In this document: piece after piece, positions 1-9,253 of the stretch
Layout: every line of letters begins with the position of its first letter
How positions within the stretch are numbered: the stretch's first letter is position 1
Assembly (NCBI RefSeq): GCF_000018105.1
Contig: NC_009928.1
Coordinates: 120,001 to 152,000, forward strand
Reading direction: 5' to 3'
Length of the DNA stretch: 32,000 nucleotides
Source: Acaryochloris marina MBIC11017
Lineage (GTDB): Bacteria > Cyanobacteriota > Cyanobacteriia > Thermosynechococcales > Thermosynechococcaceae
Position numbers and translations under genes: made by a program
Notes under the pieces: generated by a model
Told to the model about the DNA's origin: nothing
Seen by the model: only the letters and a program-made list of their open reading frames with translations
The model's database searches: none

Positions 1-289
1 ATGGGAGTCTTGCAGGTAAGCTGATTGCTCTCTTTGTTTAATCCTTAAATACACATATTTTTCATAATTGTGTTGTTTTCATCTAGGTTGATAAACTTAG
101 CTTGAAGAAAAGTATTATCTGATTTCTTGATTCTATTTTCCTATGTAAATCTATCCACTTAAAAATTAAGATTTTCGTCTTTCTTGATTTATTTGAATTA
201 GCCTACTATCAATAATAAATAAGGAATTATTGAAGAAGATGTCTCCTGATATTTTCGTGTAATTTTTTATTTCGTTGGAAGGTCTTTTT

Positions 290-1258
290 ATGGACGTTAG
301 CCTAATCATATCCAATATTCTTAATCCACCTGTGCTGTTCTTTTTCCTGGGTATGATGGCTGTTTTCGTTCAATCTGACTTAGAAATACCAGCCCCAATT
401 CCGAAGTTATTCTCACTTTATCTGCTCTTTGCAATTGGCTTTAAGGGGGGCGTTGAATTAGTTAAGAGTGGGATTACCCAGGATGTAATGCTCACCTTAG
501 CCGCTTCAGTGCTAATGGCCTGTTTTGTCCCGCTCTATACGTTCTTTATTCTCAAAATTAAGCTGGGGAATTATGATGCCGCTGCGATCGCAGCCACGTA
601 TGGTTCCATTAGTGCCGTGACATTCATTACCGCTAGTGCTTTCTTAACCGATTTAGGGATTGATTTTGATGGCTTTATGGTAGCCGCCCTAGCCTTAATG
701 GAATCTCCTGCAATTATCGTTGGCTTGATTCTCGTTAACCTGTTTGCCGCCAACCGGGAACAAGACTTGGAATGGTCGGAAGTTTTAAAGGAAGCGTTTC
801 TCAACAGTTCAGTGTTTCTTCTCGTCGGTAGTTTGCTGATCGGCGTCTTAACGGGAGAGCATGGTTGGGAAGTCCTAGAACCTTTCACCCAAGGATTATT
901 CTATGGCGTGCTCACCTTTTTCTTACTCGACATGGGACTAGTGGCCGCTCGAAGAATTAAAGACTTGCAAAAAACCGGAGTTTTCTTAGTTGGGTTTGCC
1001 ATACTGATACCAATCGTAAATGCTGGTATCGGGTTAGGAATCGCCAAACTGATTGGCATGTCCGTTGGCAATGCGCTCTTATACTCAGTACTTTGTGCAA
1101 GTGCTTCATACATTGCCGTTCCTGCCGCAATGCGCATGACTGTTCCTGAAGCCAATCCGAGCCTCTATGTTTCAACGGCGTTGGCTGTGACCTTTCCGTT
1201 CAATATTATTGTCGGAATCCCTCTATACCTTGCTGGAATCGAGTTTTTATGGAGTTAA
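290..1258 (+). CDS. sbtA: SbtA-like sodium-dependent bicarbonate transporter family permease (DUF897/SbtA family)
   Basis: ORF 275-1258 with an ATG at 290. Polytopic membrane protein starting MDVSLIISNILNPPVLFFFLGMMAVFVQSDLEIP, which I recognise as SbtA-family. A P-II-like gene follows directly, as in sbtAB operons. Confidence 0.75.
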   Translation: MDVSLIISNILNPPVLFFFLGMMAVFVQSDLEIPAPIPKLFSLYLLFAIGFKGGVELVKSGITQDVMLTLAASVLMACFVPLYTFFILKIKLGNYDAAAIAATYGSISAVTFITASAFLTDLGIDFDGFMVAALALMESPAIIVGLILVNLFAANREQDLEWSEVLKEAFLNSSVFLLVGSLLIGVLTGEHGWEVLEPFTQGLFYGVLTFFLLDMGLVAARRIKDLQKTGVFLVGFAILIPIVNAGIGLGIAKLIGMSVGNALLYSVLCASASYIAVPAAMRMTVPEANPSLYVSTALAVTFPFNIIVGIPLYLAGIEFLWS

Positions 1259-1262
1259 GGGC

Positions 1263-1568
1263 ATGCATCCTGTTAAGAAAATTGAAATTATTGCCAATTC
1301 CTTTGAACTCGGTAAAATTTTAGACGCTTTAGATCAATCGGGGGTTCATGGGCATGCCATTATTCGGAATGTGGCGGGCAAAGGGTTGCGAGGGACCACG
1401 GAAGATCTTGACCACACCATGCTGGATAACGTTTACATTATTGCCTTCTGCGCACCTGACTTGTTGAAGCCAGTCGTGGAGAATATTCGCCCTATCCTTA
1501 ATAAGTTTGGCGGGACTTGTTACGTTACAGATACTCAAGAAATTCGGTCTGTGCGCTGCATTTCATAG
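1263..1568 (+). CDS. sbtB: SbtB-like P-II family signalling protein
   Basis: ATG at 1263, 5 nt after the sbtA stop. 101 aa with a P-II-like pattern (KKIEIIANSF..LDQSGVHGHAIIRNVAGKG). The ORF-track start at 1209 overlaps sbtA and is unlikely. Confidence 0.7.
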   Translation: MHPVKKIEIIANSFELGKILDALDQSGVHGHAIIRNVAGKGLRGTTEDLDHTMLDNVYIIAFCAPDLLKPVVENIRPILNKFGGTCYVTDTQEIRSVRCIS

Positions 1569-1715
1569 CGAATGGCCACAGGCTTGGCATTTGTGATACT
1601 GTCCAGGTTCGCATCCAGAACGAATGGACTGACTGTGATTACTCAGACACCCGAGTGCCTTTAGACGCAAGATAACTCGACCACTTTGAATGGAGTTCCA
1701 CTTTTGTTTATTCAT
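1563..1715 (-). CDS. small Cys-containing hypothetical protein (50 aa), third gene of the HNH operon
   Basis: The ATG at 1713-1715 overlaps the HNH stop codon as ATGA (1712-1715). The C-terminus is CEPGQYHKCQACGHSL. The only support is the translational coupling and the open frame. Confidence 0.35.
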   Translation of the reverse strand: MNKQKWNSIQSGRVILRLKALGCLSNHSQSIRSGCEPGQYHKCQACGHSL

Positions 1716-2089
1716 GGCAAATCCTCCAATTTCATCTGTCCAAACCATTCCTGTTTTGTGGACGCATTGGCTTTTCGGAACAGCGCATCAAATTTCAAGT
1801 GGCAGGGCGCACAGAGAGCATTGAGATTATCTGGGTGATTGTTCTGTGGATCTTGGTCAAGGTGGGCCACCGTGAGAGTGAATCGCTGAGGTTTTTCTTC
1901 TTCCCCCTCTGAAGTGATCGGGAACCATTCAGGGTACGTAATCATCAGACAGAAAGCGAAGTGCAGCCGCTCAACCCCCGGTTTTCGACAGGGTTTACCG
2001 CACTGAGTACAACACCAGTTGGCGTCTTCCTTGACTTGCAATGCAATCTCATCCCAGTTTTCGGGATATCGTGCCCGGATCATTGGCAT
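1712..2089 (-). CDS. HNH endonuclease (zinc-HNH type)
   Basis: Signature CCTQCGKPC ... VAHLDQDPQNNHPDNLNALCAPCHLKFD, i.e. CxxC plus H-N-H plus CxxC. The preferred start, ATG at 2087-2089, overlaps the upstream stop as TAATG. The ORF track extends the frame to 2134. Confidence 0.75.
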   Translation of the reverse strand: MPMIRARYPENWDEIALQVKEDANWCCTQCGKPCRKPGVERLHFAFCLMITYPEWFPITSEGEEEKPQRFTLTVAHLDQDPQNNHPDNLNALCAPCHLKFDALFRKANASTKQEWFGQMKLEDLP

Positions 2090-2487
2090 TACAGAACCTC
2101 CAATGTTTGTTGCTTTGGGGCTGGATACTTCCATTCGAGATAGGATTTAATGCAACGACCCGGATCATGGTCAGAAGTGATGAAAATGGCTAGGTCTGAC
2201 TTCATACCCAACTCTTCTAAGCAGGCCAAGATTTCATCTCGACTAAAACCTTTGTATCGATTGCTAATCAACACACCACATTGTTTAGCGATGCGTTTTG
2301 CAGCTCTCACAGGTTCTTTCCCACACAGCACAACTTCATGAAGCCATTGGCGATAGGTGTTGTAGCAAGGTTCGGCGTCTTTTTCGGGGTGGAAGGGATG
2401 GAACGGGCTGATTAGGGGTGACTGGTCGATTCTGAAACCGGGCTGGGATTGATTTGCACGGGTTGATTTTGTAAGGGTAATATTCAT
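2089..2487 (-). CDS. hypothetical protein, first gene of the HNH operon
   Basis: 132-aa ORF whose stop overlaps the HNH start (TAATG). No family recognised with confidence; it has only a vague DUF4326-like feel (SPLISPFHPF...YRQWL). Confidence 0.5.
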   Translation of the reverse strand: MNITLTKSTRANQSQPGFRIDQSPLISPFHPFHPEKDAEPCYNTYRQWLHEVVLCGKEPVRAAKRIAKQCGVLISNRYKGFSRDEILACLEELGMKSDLAIFITSDHDPGRCIKSYLEWKYPAPKQQTLEVL

Positions 2488-2786
2488 CGTGATTTCTCCA
2501 AATCTGGAGCAGGTTGGAATCAGCTAGTAATGAGGGTCATGTTCTCGGCAATCTCATTGGCTAGAGTCACCATCATTCGTTGTTGTGTGGTGAGTCCTGA
2601 CGAGAAAGCCTCTAAGACCGCTTCAGCGGCAGGGACCGAAGGACTGATGATCGAGAGTAGTGCCGACGTAATTGGACTGCCTCTCGACAAAGTTGATGTA
2701 GATATACCCAATAAGCCGAGAGCCATAGAAGACATTGAGCTTTCGGTTGTTGTCAGCAGTGGGCCTAGTCCATAGATCTGTAAATA

Positions 2787-4122
2787 GTTCATCAGTTATC
2801 CATGCGGCGTGAATCCCTTAAATTGCCACTGGAAAGGTTTGGCCATAGTGTGATTGAAATATTCAATAAAATCGAGGATGCGCTGTTGCAAATCATCCGT
2901 GGAGGTGAAATTTCCTCGACGAATCAATCGACGCACCAAAATACTAAACCAGCATTCAATCTGATTGAGCCAGGAGGTATGTTTGGGGATATAAACAAAT
3001 CGGATCCGATGGCTGGGGTCGCTCAAGAAGGCCGTGCGAGTTTCCATCGATTGAAGGATACCAGATTGACCCTTAACGCCTAAATCTGAATCAATACCGC
3101 AACAGACAGCGACCCATCGCACAAGGGAAGCAGATCGATGGGTATTGAGCTGGTCGAGCAGAAAAACCCACCCATCGTCCGGTGCTGTTTCAACTGTCTT
3201 GGCAATATGATTGGCAAAGTCAAATTCTTTTCGCGTGGGTCCGATAGAAGGCGCAATCACCTTTCCCAGAGCCACATGCCAGTTGGCGATGAGACTGAGG
3301 GTACCATGCCGCTCATATTCAAATTCCAAACGACGCGGTTGACCTGGTTGCATAGCTTGGTCTGGGTGCAGTCGTTCAAGCGCCTGAATGCCAGTCATTT
3401 CATCCGTACTAACAAGGTGAATCTGGTGAGCTTCCAGTTCAGCTGCTGATTCATACAGTTGGCAAACCTGGCGCACTTTCGCCTCGAACGCTTCTGGGTC
3501 CTCAGGGTTAGCATTGAGCCAATAGCGACTCCGATGAGGCTGCAGCTGAGCCTCTCCCCAAAAAACGTCTCACACTGCTGGCCGACAGGTGAGGGACGAT
3601 GCCGCGTTTAATCGCTTCATCAGCAATCTCTTCAGGCGTCCATTGACTCACAGGCCGGGCTGAGTTCTGAGGAGATTCACAGGCAATGGCCACAATTTGG
3701 ACCACCTGCTCTGGGGTAAAGGTGGGTGGGACACCTGGACGTGGGGCATCTGTTAAGGTCGCCAACACTTGCTGGTTCAATGCTGGTTTGCTGTCGTCTA
3801 CTTGCTCACAAAGGGCAAGACGCTCTTGGTTATCTACCCAGCGCTGACGCCAATAGCGAACTTGGTTGCGGTCGAGTTGCCATTGACGGCTAATCTGGGT
3901 GTTACTTTTGCCTGAGGCGGCTGATAGGATGATGCTCGCTCGACGCACCAAGCGATAAGGATTGGTGGTTTGTCGAACGATTTGGAGCAAACAATGGTGT
4001 TGTTGCTGTGATAGCTCAATAGGAGTGGCTTTGGGAGTTGGCATTGGCAGAGAAAGGATCTTGAACAAGAGGGTTTCTCTGAAACTATCTGATGTCTGTA
4101 CAATTTTGCATAACTGATGGGT
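2787..4122 (-). mobile_element. IS630-family insertion sequence (copy 1)
   Basis: HTH plus DDE transposase inside. There is a perfect 10-bp inverted repeat CATCAGTTAT at 2790-2799 and 4110-4119. TA dinucleotides lie 3 nt outside each repeat (2785-2786, 4123-4124), consistent with IS630 TA target duplication. Exact ends are uncertain. Confidence 0.6.
2796..4044 (-). pseudogene. IS630-family transposase, split by a +1 frame break in a T6G4 tract
   Basis: The N-terminal HTH part (MPTPKATPIELSQQQHH..., start 4044) ends ...SVRRFLGRGSAAAS*. The next frame reads GEAQLQPHRSRYWLNANPEDPEAFEAKVRQVCQLY and continues into the DDE ORF 2796-3476. The break sits at CGTTTTTTGGGGAGAGG (plus-strand 3556-3565). 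Confidence 0.8.
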
Positions 4123-4283
4123 TATCTTCAAAATCTAGGACTAGTATGGAGTTCGTAGGAGAGAAGTTCAATGTTGTCGAGAACTTGATGGGGGAGAACT
4201 GTATGATTCATAACGAATAACCTCAAGGTTGTTTCTGTAAGTCATAGGCATCGCGTTGTTTGTTCATGAGCTAGTGGTGCCTT

Positions 4284-4781
4284 TTACTGTTTGGGAATGA
4301 ATGAAATAGTGTCATAACCGCCGTGAATCAGTGCCTCAAGCATCAGTGCCACCTCCATATGCTTAAGGGCATCGACATGCCGACGCTCTGACCTCAGCGT
4401 CGTGGCCTCAGCCATAAGATAAGCAACGCAATCTCTAAAGCACTGCGCCTTTTGCCAGTCAAAGGGTATTCGTTGAATCTCTGGCTCTAACTGGGGCCAG
4501 ACCAGCGGATTAAACAGTTTCTAGGCACCACTGATAGTCAAATCACCAGAAGCAATCAGGTTTTTTGCCGTGGTAATCGTCATGACAGCCACTGGGGAAT
4601 ACACGGTGTTAACGACGGGCAGATTCAGCGAGAATTGGGGTAAGCATGGTTGGTCTTTCATGGTTTTCTCCAAAAGGATGCTAATGAGGAAAGGCCAGCC
4701 CCGATGGTTGGGGGGATAGCTATAGGGCTGACCCAGAGATGGATAGGGGAAAACGTTAGGCAGCTTTGCCAACCTGTTCAA
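4284..4781 (-). pseudogene. hypothetical gene interrupted by an in-frame TAG
   Basis: The 86-aa ORF 4521-4781 has a good RBS and ATG at 4661 (GGAGAAAACCATG). It ends at TAG 4521-4523, but the same frame stays open for 78 more codons, ending ...ALIHGGYDTISFIPKQ* at 4284. Confidence 0.4.
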
Positions 4782-5055
4782 GTAAATGGTTGTGTGCCCA
4801 GTCCCACCAAGAGCGGCGTTCCCAGTTAATTGCTTCGATGTCTTGGCCTTTTGCTTCGTTGTAGAGGGGCACGATTACTGAATCGAGGTCTTCAACTGCG
4901 CCTGGAGAAACCCCAGAGAGTTCGTACACAGTATCGGCTATGGATTCTAGTTCTTTGCGCTTACTTGCAAGTTGCTCGAAGAATGTCTCCCAGCTTTTAA
5001 TTCGGGTAATGGCGAGTTGATCCTTGAGTTCATTCAGGGCAACGAACATTAACAC
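4756..5055 (-). CDS. hypothetical protein (99 aa)
   Basis: ORF with a GTG start. The frame is also open upstream to 5286 apart from an in-frame TGA at 5167-5169, so this may be the 3' part of a decayed larger gene. Confidence 0.4.
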   Translation of the reverse strand: MLMFVALNELKDQLAITRIKSWETFFEQLASKRKELESIADTVYELSGVSPGAVEDLDSVIVPLYNEAKGQDIEAINWERRSWWDWAHNHLLEQVGKAA

Positions 5056-5572
5056 GTCCTGACACGCAACCTGTTTTAGAACCCTGAATACAGCTTCTTT
5101 GAGGGGAGAGCCTTTTGCTTTATTCGTCTTCCGCTGTTCTAGCCCCGTTGCTTCAAGGGTCAGCAGTCAAAACAGCTCAAGGACATGATCTCGGTTCCGT
5201 AGATTGCGGTTTCCGTGGTGAAGCTCCCAGGCAAATTTGGCGAGTTTGTCTTGTCCTGTAGGTTCATCAGGCTTGTAGGCGTTTATTTATCAATGGAACG
5301 GTTTTGGTCGAGCTATATCTTGGCATTGAGTCGTCTCCCCTAGACAAATAAAGCAGACTTTTGATAGCCATTGTTAGCCACACGGACCAAAATGGCAAAG
5401 AGTATCACCGCTAGTTTGAATAGCAAGACTCTTGAACTTGTCTTGTTTAGCTTGCTCACCTCATCTAGGGAATCTTAAAAGGTAGAAATCAAGATTACAC
5501 CTTCTGGCAGTTAAGGGAGATGCCTGAAAGGTGGTTTTTGACCATCACACTCTACCTCACCCGATAATTTTA

Positions 5573-5914
5573 ATGGACGCAGATTTTGACTTAGACTCCC
5601 TATATCAGCAGCTTCAGGACGAAGATGTCATTGAGTTAACTATCATCGACGGAGACTTGGCTCCCGGTCAAACAGCCGAAATTACCATTGCCAGTAAGTG
5701 GCTGACCAGATATCACCTTTATCTATTTTTTGAGCATCACTCGCAGAGCTTCGACTTGGCAGGGGTCAAAGAGGGAGCCAGTAAGACAAAGGTGAATTTA
5801 ATCATTGACCACATGGATGCCATCAGCTCGGAGAAAGCCTACATATTTACTTATGGCAGTGAAATGTCTTGGAGTATTCAACTGGTGCGGTGGAAGAAAC
5901 TCACTAGGGCTTAA
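5573..5914 (+). CDS. hypothetical protein
   Basis: ORF 5531-5914. ATG at 5573 (MDADFDLDSLYQQLQ...) is preferred over the GTG at 5531. No family recognised. Confidence 0.45.
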   Translation: MDADFDLDSLYQQLQDEDVIELTIIDGDLAPGQTAEITIASKWLTRYHLYLFFEHHSQSFDLAGVKEGASKTKVNLIIDHMDAISSEKAYIFTYGSEMSWSIQLVRWKKLTRA

Positions 5915-5986
5915 GACTTTGAGTAGAAGTTGAGTGTTGGTAAACCCCGAATCAATACACTTGGACAAGACAAGTGAGATTCAACC

Positions 5987-6400
5987 ATGACTCAGATTCC
6001 ATCCCTGACTCACCAACAGCTAGAGCTGCTGAGAATAGCCAAGAAGAATACTGTGGCCGAATTACGGCTTTCCTATGAGTTTCCAGTGCTCGATGACAAT
6101 GAACCCCCAATCGGCCATCCACCGTTCATCCAAGAATTGATTGATCACCATTTCATCCAGGTGCAAGTCAAAGAAACTTCCCTGCGTGCTTCCGAGTTTC
6201 AGCAAGAAAATTGGATGGAGTACTGTGATGGGATTGACTATCCTCACCAAGCCGATTGGGACCGATGGCGGCAGGGATTCATCGCTCAATTAAGTGAAGG
6301 GATTGAGAGCCTGATGATTCCAGGGAAAAATCTAAGGCAATTTACGCAGGTTTGGATCCGAGAGATTAGTCTACGAGCGGTTCAGCCGAGTAGTCCGTGA
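5987..6400 (+). CDS. hypothetical protein
   Basis: 137-aa ORF with an ATG start, co-directional with and 72 nt downstream of the previous ORF. No family recognised. Confidence 0.45.
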   Translation: MTQIPSLTHQQLELLRIAKKNTVAELRLSYEFPVLDDNEPPIGHPPFIQELIDHHFIQVQVKETSLRASEFQQENWMEYCDGIDYPHQADWDRWRQGFIAQLSEGIESLMIPGKNLRQFTQVWIREISLRAVQPSSP

Positions 6401-6643
6401 GTGGGGTTTGTGGCTGGGATTTAATTAAACCTAATTAAAGGCTGGAGTTGAAATTCAATGAGCGATAGATGTCACTACGTCTTTGGTTCAATAGCCATCA
6501 TTCCCCTCATAGCTGTATGCAACACAGCTCAATGACATGGGGGATGGAGACAGGCTTAACCTGCATGTTTTGAGTAATTATTGGGTATAACCGACCGTTC
6601 TGTTGGGTGTTGAATATAGAATCTCCAAGCAAGTATTGAAGGG

Positions 6644-6823
6644 TTAAGCAGACTTGGACACTTTTCTTAATTGATAATTCAGCAAATCAGTATAAGACAA
6701 CAAGGGAGAGCCATGATTCCATTGTGCAGGTAGCTCTCCGTTGTAAATAGCTTGGCGAATGTCAGTCAGGGTGAGACCGAATAGAGATGTGGCTGCTTCA
6801 GGCGAAATTCGGGAGGAAAACAT
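6644..6823 (-). CDS. small helix-turn-helix (excisionase/MerR-like) DNA-binding protein
   Basis: ATG at 6823 preceded by GGAG. The sequence MFSSRISPEAATSLFGLTLTDIRQAIYNGELPA resembles short HTH_17/excisionase-type proteins. Confidence 0.4.
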   Translation of the reverse strand: MFSSRISPEAATSLFGLTLTDIRQAIYNGELPAQWNHGSPLLSYTDLLNYQLRKVSKSA

Positions 6824-6991
6824 GATGTCTCCACTAGATGATTGAGGAACGGATACGAGGAGAACATTCAATGCCAAAGAAATTATAAATATTTAGTTAA
6901 AAAAGTATAAAAAAATTAATGTTGTCTTTATGATTATAGCCCTACGAAACTATGTTAGTACTATTGATATAGAAGATATCCCTACATTAGT

Positions 6992-7875
6992 ATGCCAGCA
7001 CCCTATAGTTATGACCTTCGTCGTAAAGCCGTTGATGCCTTCAAGAATGGTGAACGGAAAGTCGATATCTGTCGAATGTTGAACATCAGCCGTAATACCT
7101 TGCATCTATGGATAGTCCGCGAAGAAGCTACAGGTGACTGTCAGGCGATTACCAACTACCAACAAGGGGCTCGCCACAAGATCACAGATTGGGAGCGCTT
7201 TCGTGAATTTGCTCAAGAGCATGGGGGTAAAACCCAGGCCCAAATGGCTAAGCTATGGGGGGATAATGTCACCCAGCAAAATATCAGTGATGCCTTGAGA
7301 AAACTGGGATTGAGTCGAAAAAAAAGACCTATGGCTATCGAGAACGAGATGAAACACAACGTCAAGCATTTATAGAACGATTACAGACCAAACACCCTCA
7401 TCAGATCGTCTATGTAGACGAAGCGGGTATCGATAATCGAGCGGACTATCCTTATGGATACTGCCCTGTGGGTCAACGATTTTATGACCTCAAATCAGGC
7501 AAGCGGACAGAGCGAGTCAGTTTTATTGCTGCGCTCAAAGAAGGCCAGTTATTTTCTCCCATGACCTTTGAAGGGTCTTGCAATCGGTTGTTATTCGAAG
7601 CGTGGTTACAGCAGAGTCTTATATCCCAGTTACAACTTGGCGATGTGATTGTGATTGATAATGCCAGTTTTCATCATGGCCAGAGGATCGAAGAAATCGT
7701 AGCTGAAGCAGGCTGTGAGATTTGGTATCTACCGAGCTATTCTCCAGATCTCAATAAAATCGAGCGATGGTGGTTTGTGCTCAAAAACTGGATGAAGCAG
7801 CGGTGGGATGAATTTGATACCTTTCGTGATTGTGTGGATGCTGCTTTCAAAGAGCGTACTAACATATATCCGTAG
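6992..7875 (+). CDS. IS630-family DDE transposase made from orfA (6992-7375) and orfB (to 7875) by a -1 frameshift
   Basis: orfA ends ...LGLSRKKRPMAIE... The -1 frame from the A8 run reads KTYGYRERDETQRQAFIERLQTKHPHQIVYVDEAG..., continuous with ORF 7468-7875. The DDE residues are visible (VYVDEAG, VIDNASFH, LNKIERWW). Confidence 0.8.
7318..7325 (+). promoter_or_regulatory. A8 slippery run: candidate programmed -1 ribosomal frameshift or transcriptional slippage site
   Basis: CGA AAA AAA AGA sits exactly where the orfA and orfB frames must be joined. orfB is in the -1 frame relative to orfA. Confidence 0.6.
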
Positions 7876-8044
7876 TGCTATAACGGCGGCTTAAACCGAT
7901 ATTGGACTATCTTCCCTCCTAAATTCTAGGTGTAAGTTTTTAGTCTCGATGTTAGAGCTTGAGTCCCTTTGGGCAAAATTAGTCTAATCAGCTATTACGA
8001 ACCTGATTACTTCATCAAGGAAATAGGAATATCTAGCCCCTATG

Positions 8045-8084
8045 ACGACAAAGGTAGGGGCTGTTTTCTTTCTTAATCGAAAAA
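8045..8084 (+). terminator. candidate intrinsic terminator
   Basis: 7-bp perfect stem AGCCCCT (8045-8051) / AGGGGCT (8066-8072) with a 14-nt loop, followed by GTTTTCTTTCTT. No obvious plus-strand gene ends just upstream except the IS. Confidence 0.3.
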
Positions 8085-8480
8085 TGGCTCATGAAGCTTG
8101 CGCCTTAAAAGAAAAAACACCACATTCTTCCCCAAGAGCGGTGTTTTTTCTTGAATGACAATGAATGCCTCAATCAGACTTATTGTTCCCATAGAGGAGA
8201 AAAGGCAAACATCACAAGAATGCCAATGAACAAGACTTAATCATCACAGGGTTATTGGAATTGGGGTGAACGTGGTTAGGAAGCTTTATCACTTCAGATA
8301 AATGAAATTTGAAACGACGTAATTATGTTTGGGGTGAAGCCAATCATCAGGCCAAGCACTAATGTAACTTCAAGCCTACAGATACTCTTCTACCAAAGTG
8401 ATAAAAGAGGGCTAAGCAGAAGTGAAGATGCTAAACCATCCTCACTCAACTAGAATTATCCAACTCACATCCAGGTCTGG

Positions 8481-8882
8481 TTAATTGGAGTTGGATAATT
8501 CCGTCTCGTCCTCATCAAAGCGCTTTTGCATCTCAAAGACCTCGATCAGTTCTTTGTTCAGAAAGTAGTTGAGAAAGGTACGAATGATTGCGATGGCACC
8601 CAGTTTCCCGAGTGCCTCAAACGTAGGAGCAACGGTCGTGGCTAAGACATCTGCCCCCAATTGAAACTCCAGAGCTAATGCTAACCATCGTCCAAAAGTT
8701 AACCGCAATCGTCCCAATGGGAACTGTATGGTTGAGCGACGACGGCGCAAAACAACCGAGAGCTTGATGCTCACGAGCAGGCCCAACACAATACAAAAAG
8801 CCGCTACTGCTTCCAGTACTACTTCTAAAAAAGATACGATGATTTCCAAGTTGCCTTGGAAATGGTGGACGAATTCCATCAA
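8481..8882 (-). CDS. DUF1622-family membrane protein
   Basis: 133 aa. The segment RWLALALEFQLGADVLATTVAPTFEALGKLGAIAIIRTFLNYFL matches my memory of the DUF1622 signature. Confidence 0.55.
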   Translation of the reverse strand: MMEFVHHFQGNLEIIVSFLEVVLEAVAAFCIVLGLLVSIKLSVVLRRRRSTIQFPLGRLRLTFGRWLALALEFQLGADVLATTVAPTFEALGKLGAIAIIRTFLNYFLNKELIEVFEMQKRFDEDETELSNSN

Positions 8883-9174
8883 GCTTCAACCTTGACCAGC
8901 ACAACACCCTGCCAAAGAGACTACCCTGTTGTGTACCTTTATTGAGTTAATCTTGCAGGAGGATTGACAACTCAAAGGCTTGAGCGTATCACAAACATTT
9001 CCTGCCTAATCTATTCCGAAACCTGTTAACAGTAATACCCGTCAGAGATCGCATGTGCAAGAGACGCCTAGCGCAAATCCGGAGAAATCAACGTTGATAA
9101 TAGTGCTGGCGAGATTGAGAGAGCCGAAGAGTCGATTCAGGTTTACAGTTTTTGCTGACCTGGTTCAGTCTCCA

Positions 9175-9216
9175 GAGATAGGTAATATAAAATCCTTAGG
9201 GAATCCAAAAAATAAA
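9175..9216 (+). repeat. partial copy (a) of the dispersed noncoding repeat, block 1 only
   Basis: GAGATAGGTAATATAAAATCCTTAGGGAATCCAAAAAATAAAG matches the first about 40 nt of copies b and c. Confidence 0.7.
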
Positions 9217-9253
9217 GTATTGGCCTTGGCTTGATATACATGAGTGAAGAAGT

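Larger units (their letters stand above)
6935..7882 (+). mobile_element. IS630-family IS, ISY100/ISTcSa-like (copy 2), 948 bp
   Basis: Imperfect terminal inverted repeats of about 27 bp: TATAGCcCTACGaAacTATGTTAGTAC at 6935-6961, and its complement at 7856-7882. Both ends start with TA. The size and TA ends match what I recall for ISY100 (947 bp). Confidence 0.8.

Noticed and set aside
571-1175. Antisense ORFs within sbtA (571-888, 901-1155, 957-1175), and similar shadow ORFs inside putA, the DUF1326/DUF2182 genes, cpcB and the transposase genes
   Set aside because: They lie fully inside, and antisense or out of frame to, much longer ORFs with recognisable family signatures. Their products are compositionally odd (Arg/Ser/Pro-rich).
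1600-1625. GGTTCGCATCC resembling a tRNA T-loop
   Set aside because: No complementary T-stem, acceptor stem or anticodon arm can be drawn around it, and it lies inside the small coupled ORF 1563-1715.
2520-2792. 90-aa minus-strand ORF (and the antisense 81-aa plus-strand ORF 2530-2775) between the HNH operon and IS630 copy 1
   Set aside because: The ATG lies inside the IS630 inverted repeat. In-silico removal of the IS puts a stop codon immediately upstream, so no native start remains. The sequence is low-complexity (Ser/Thr/Leu-rich), and both strands are open, so the ORF alone is not informative.
8111-8148. AAAAAACACC...GGTGTTTTTT as a bidirectional terminator
   Set aside because: The stem is only 5-6 bp with an 18-nt loop, which is too weak to call. 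The neighbouring hairpin at 8045-8084 is the better candidate, and even that one is low confidence.
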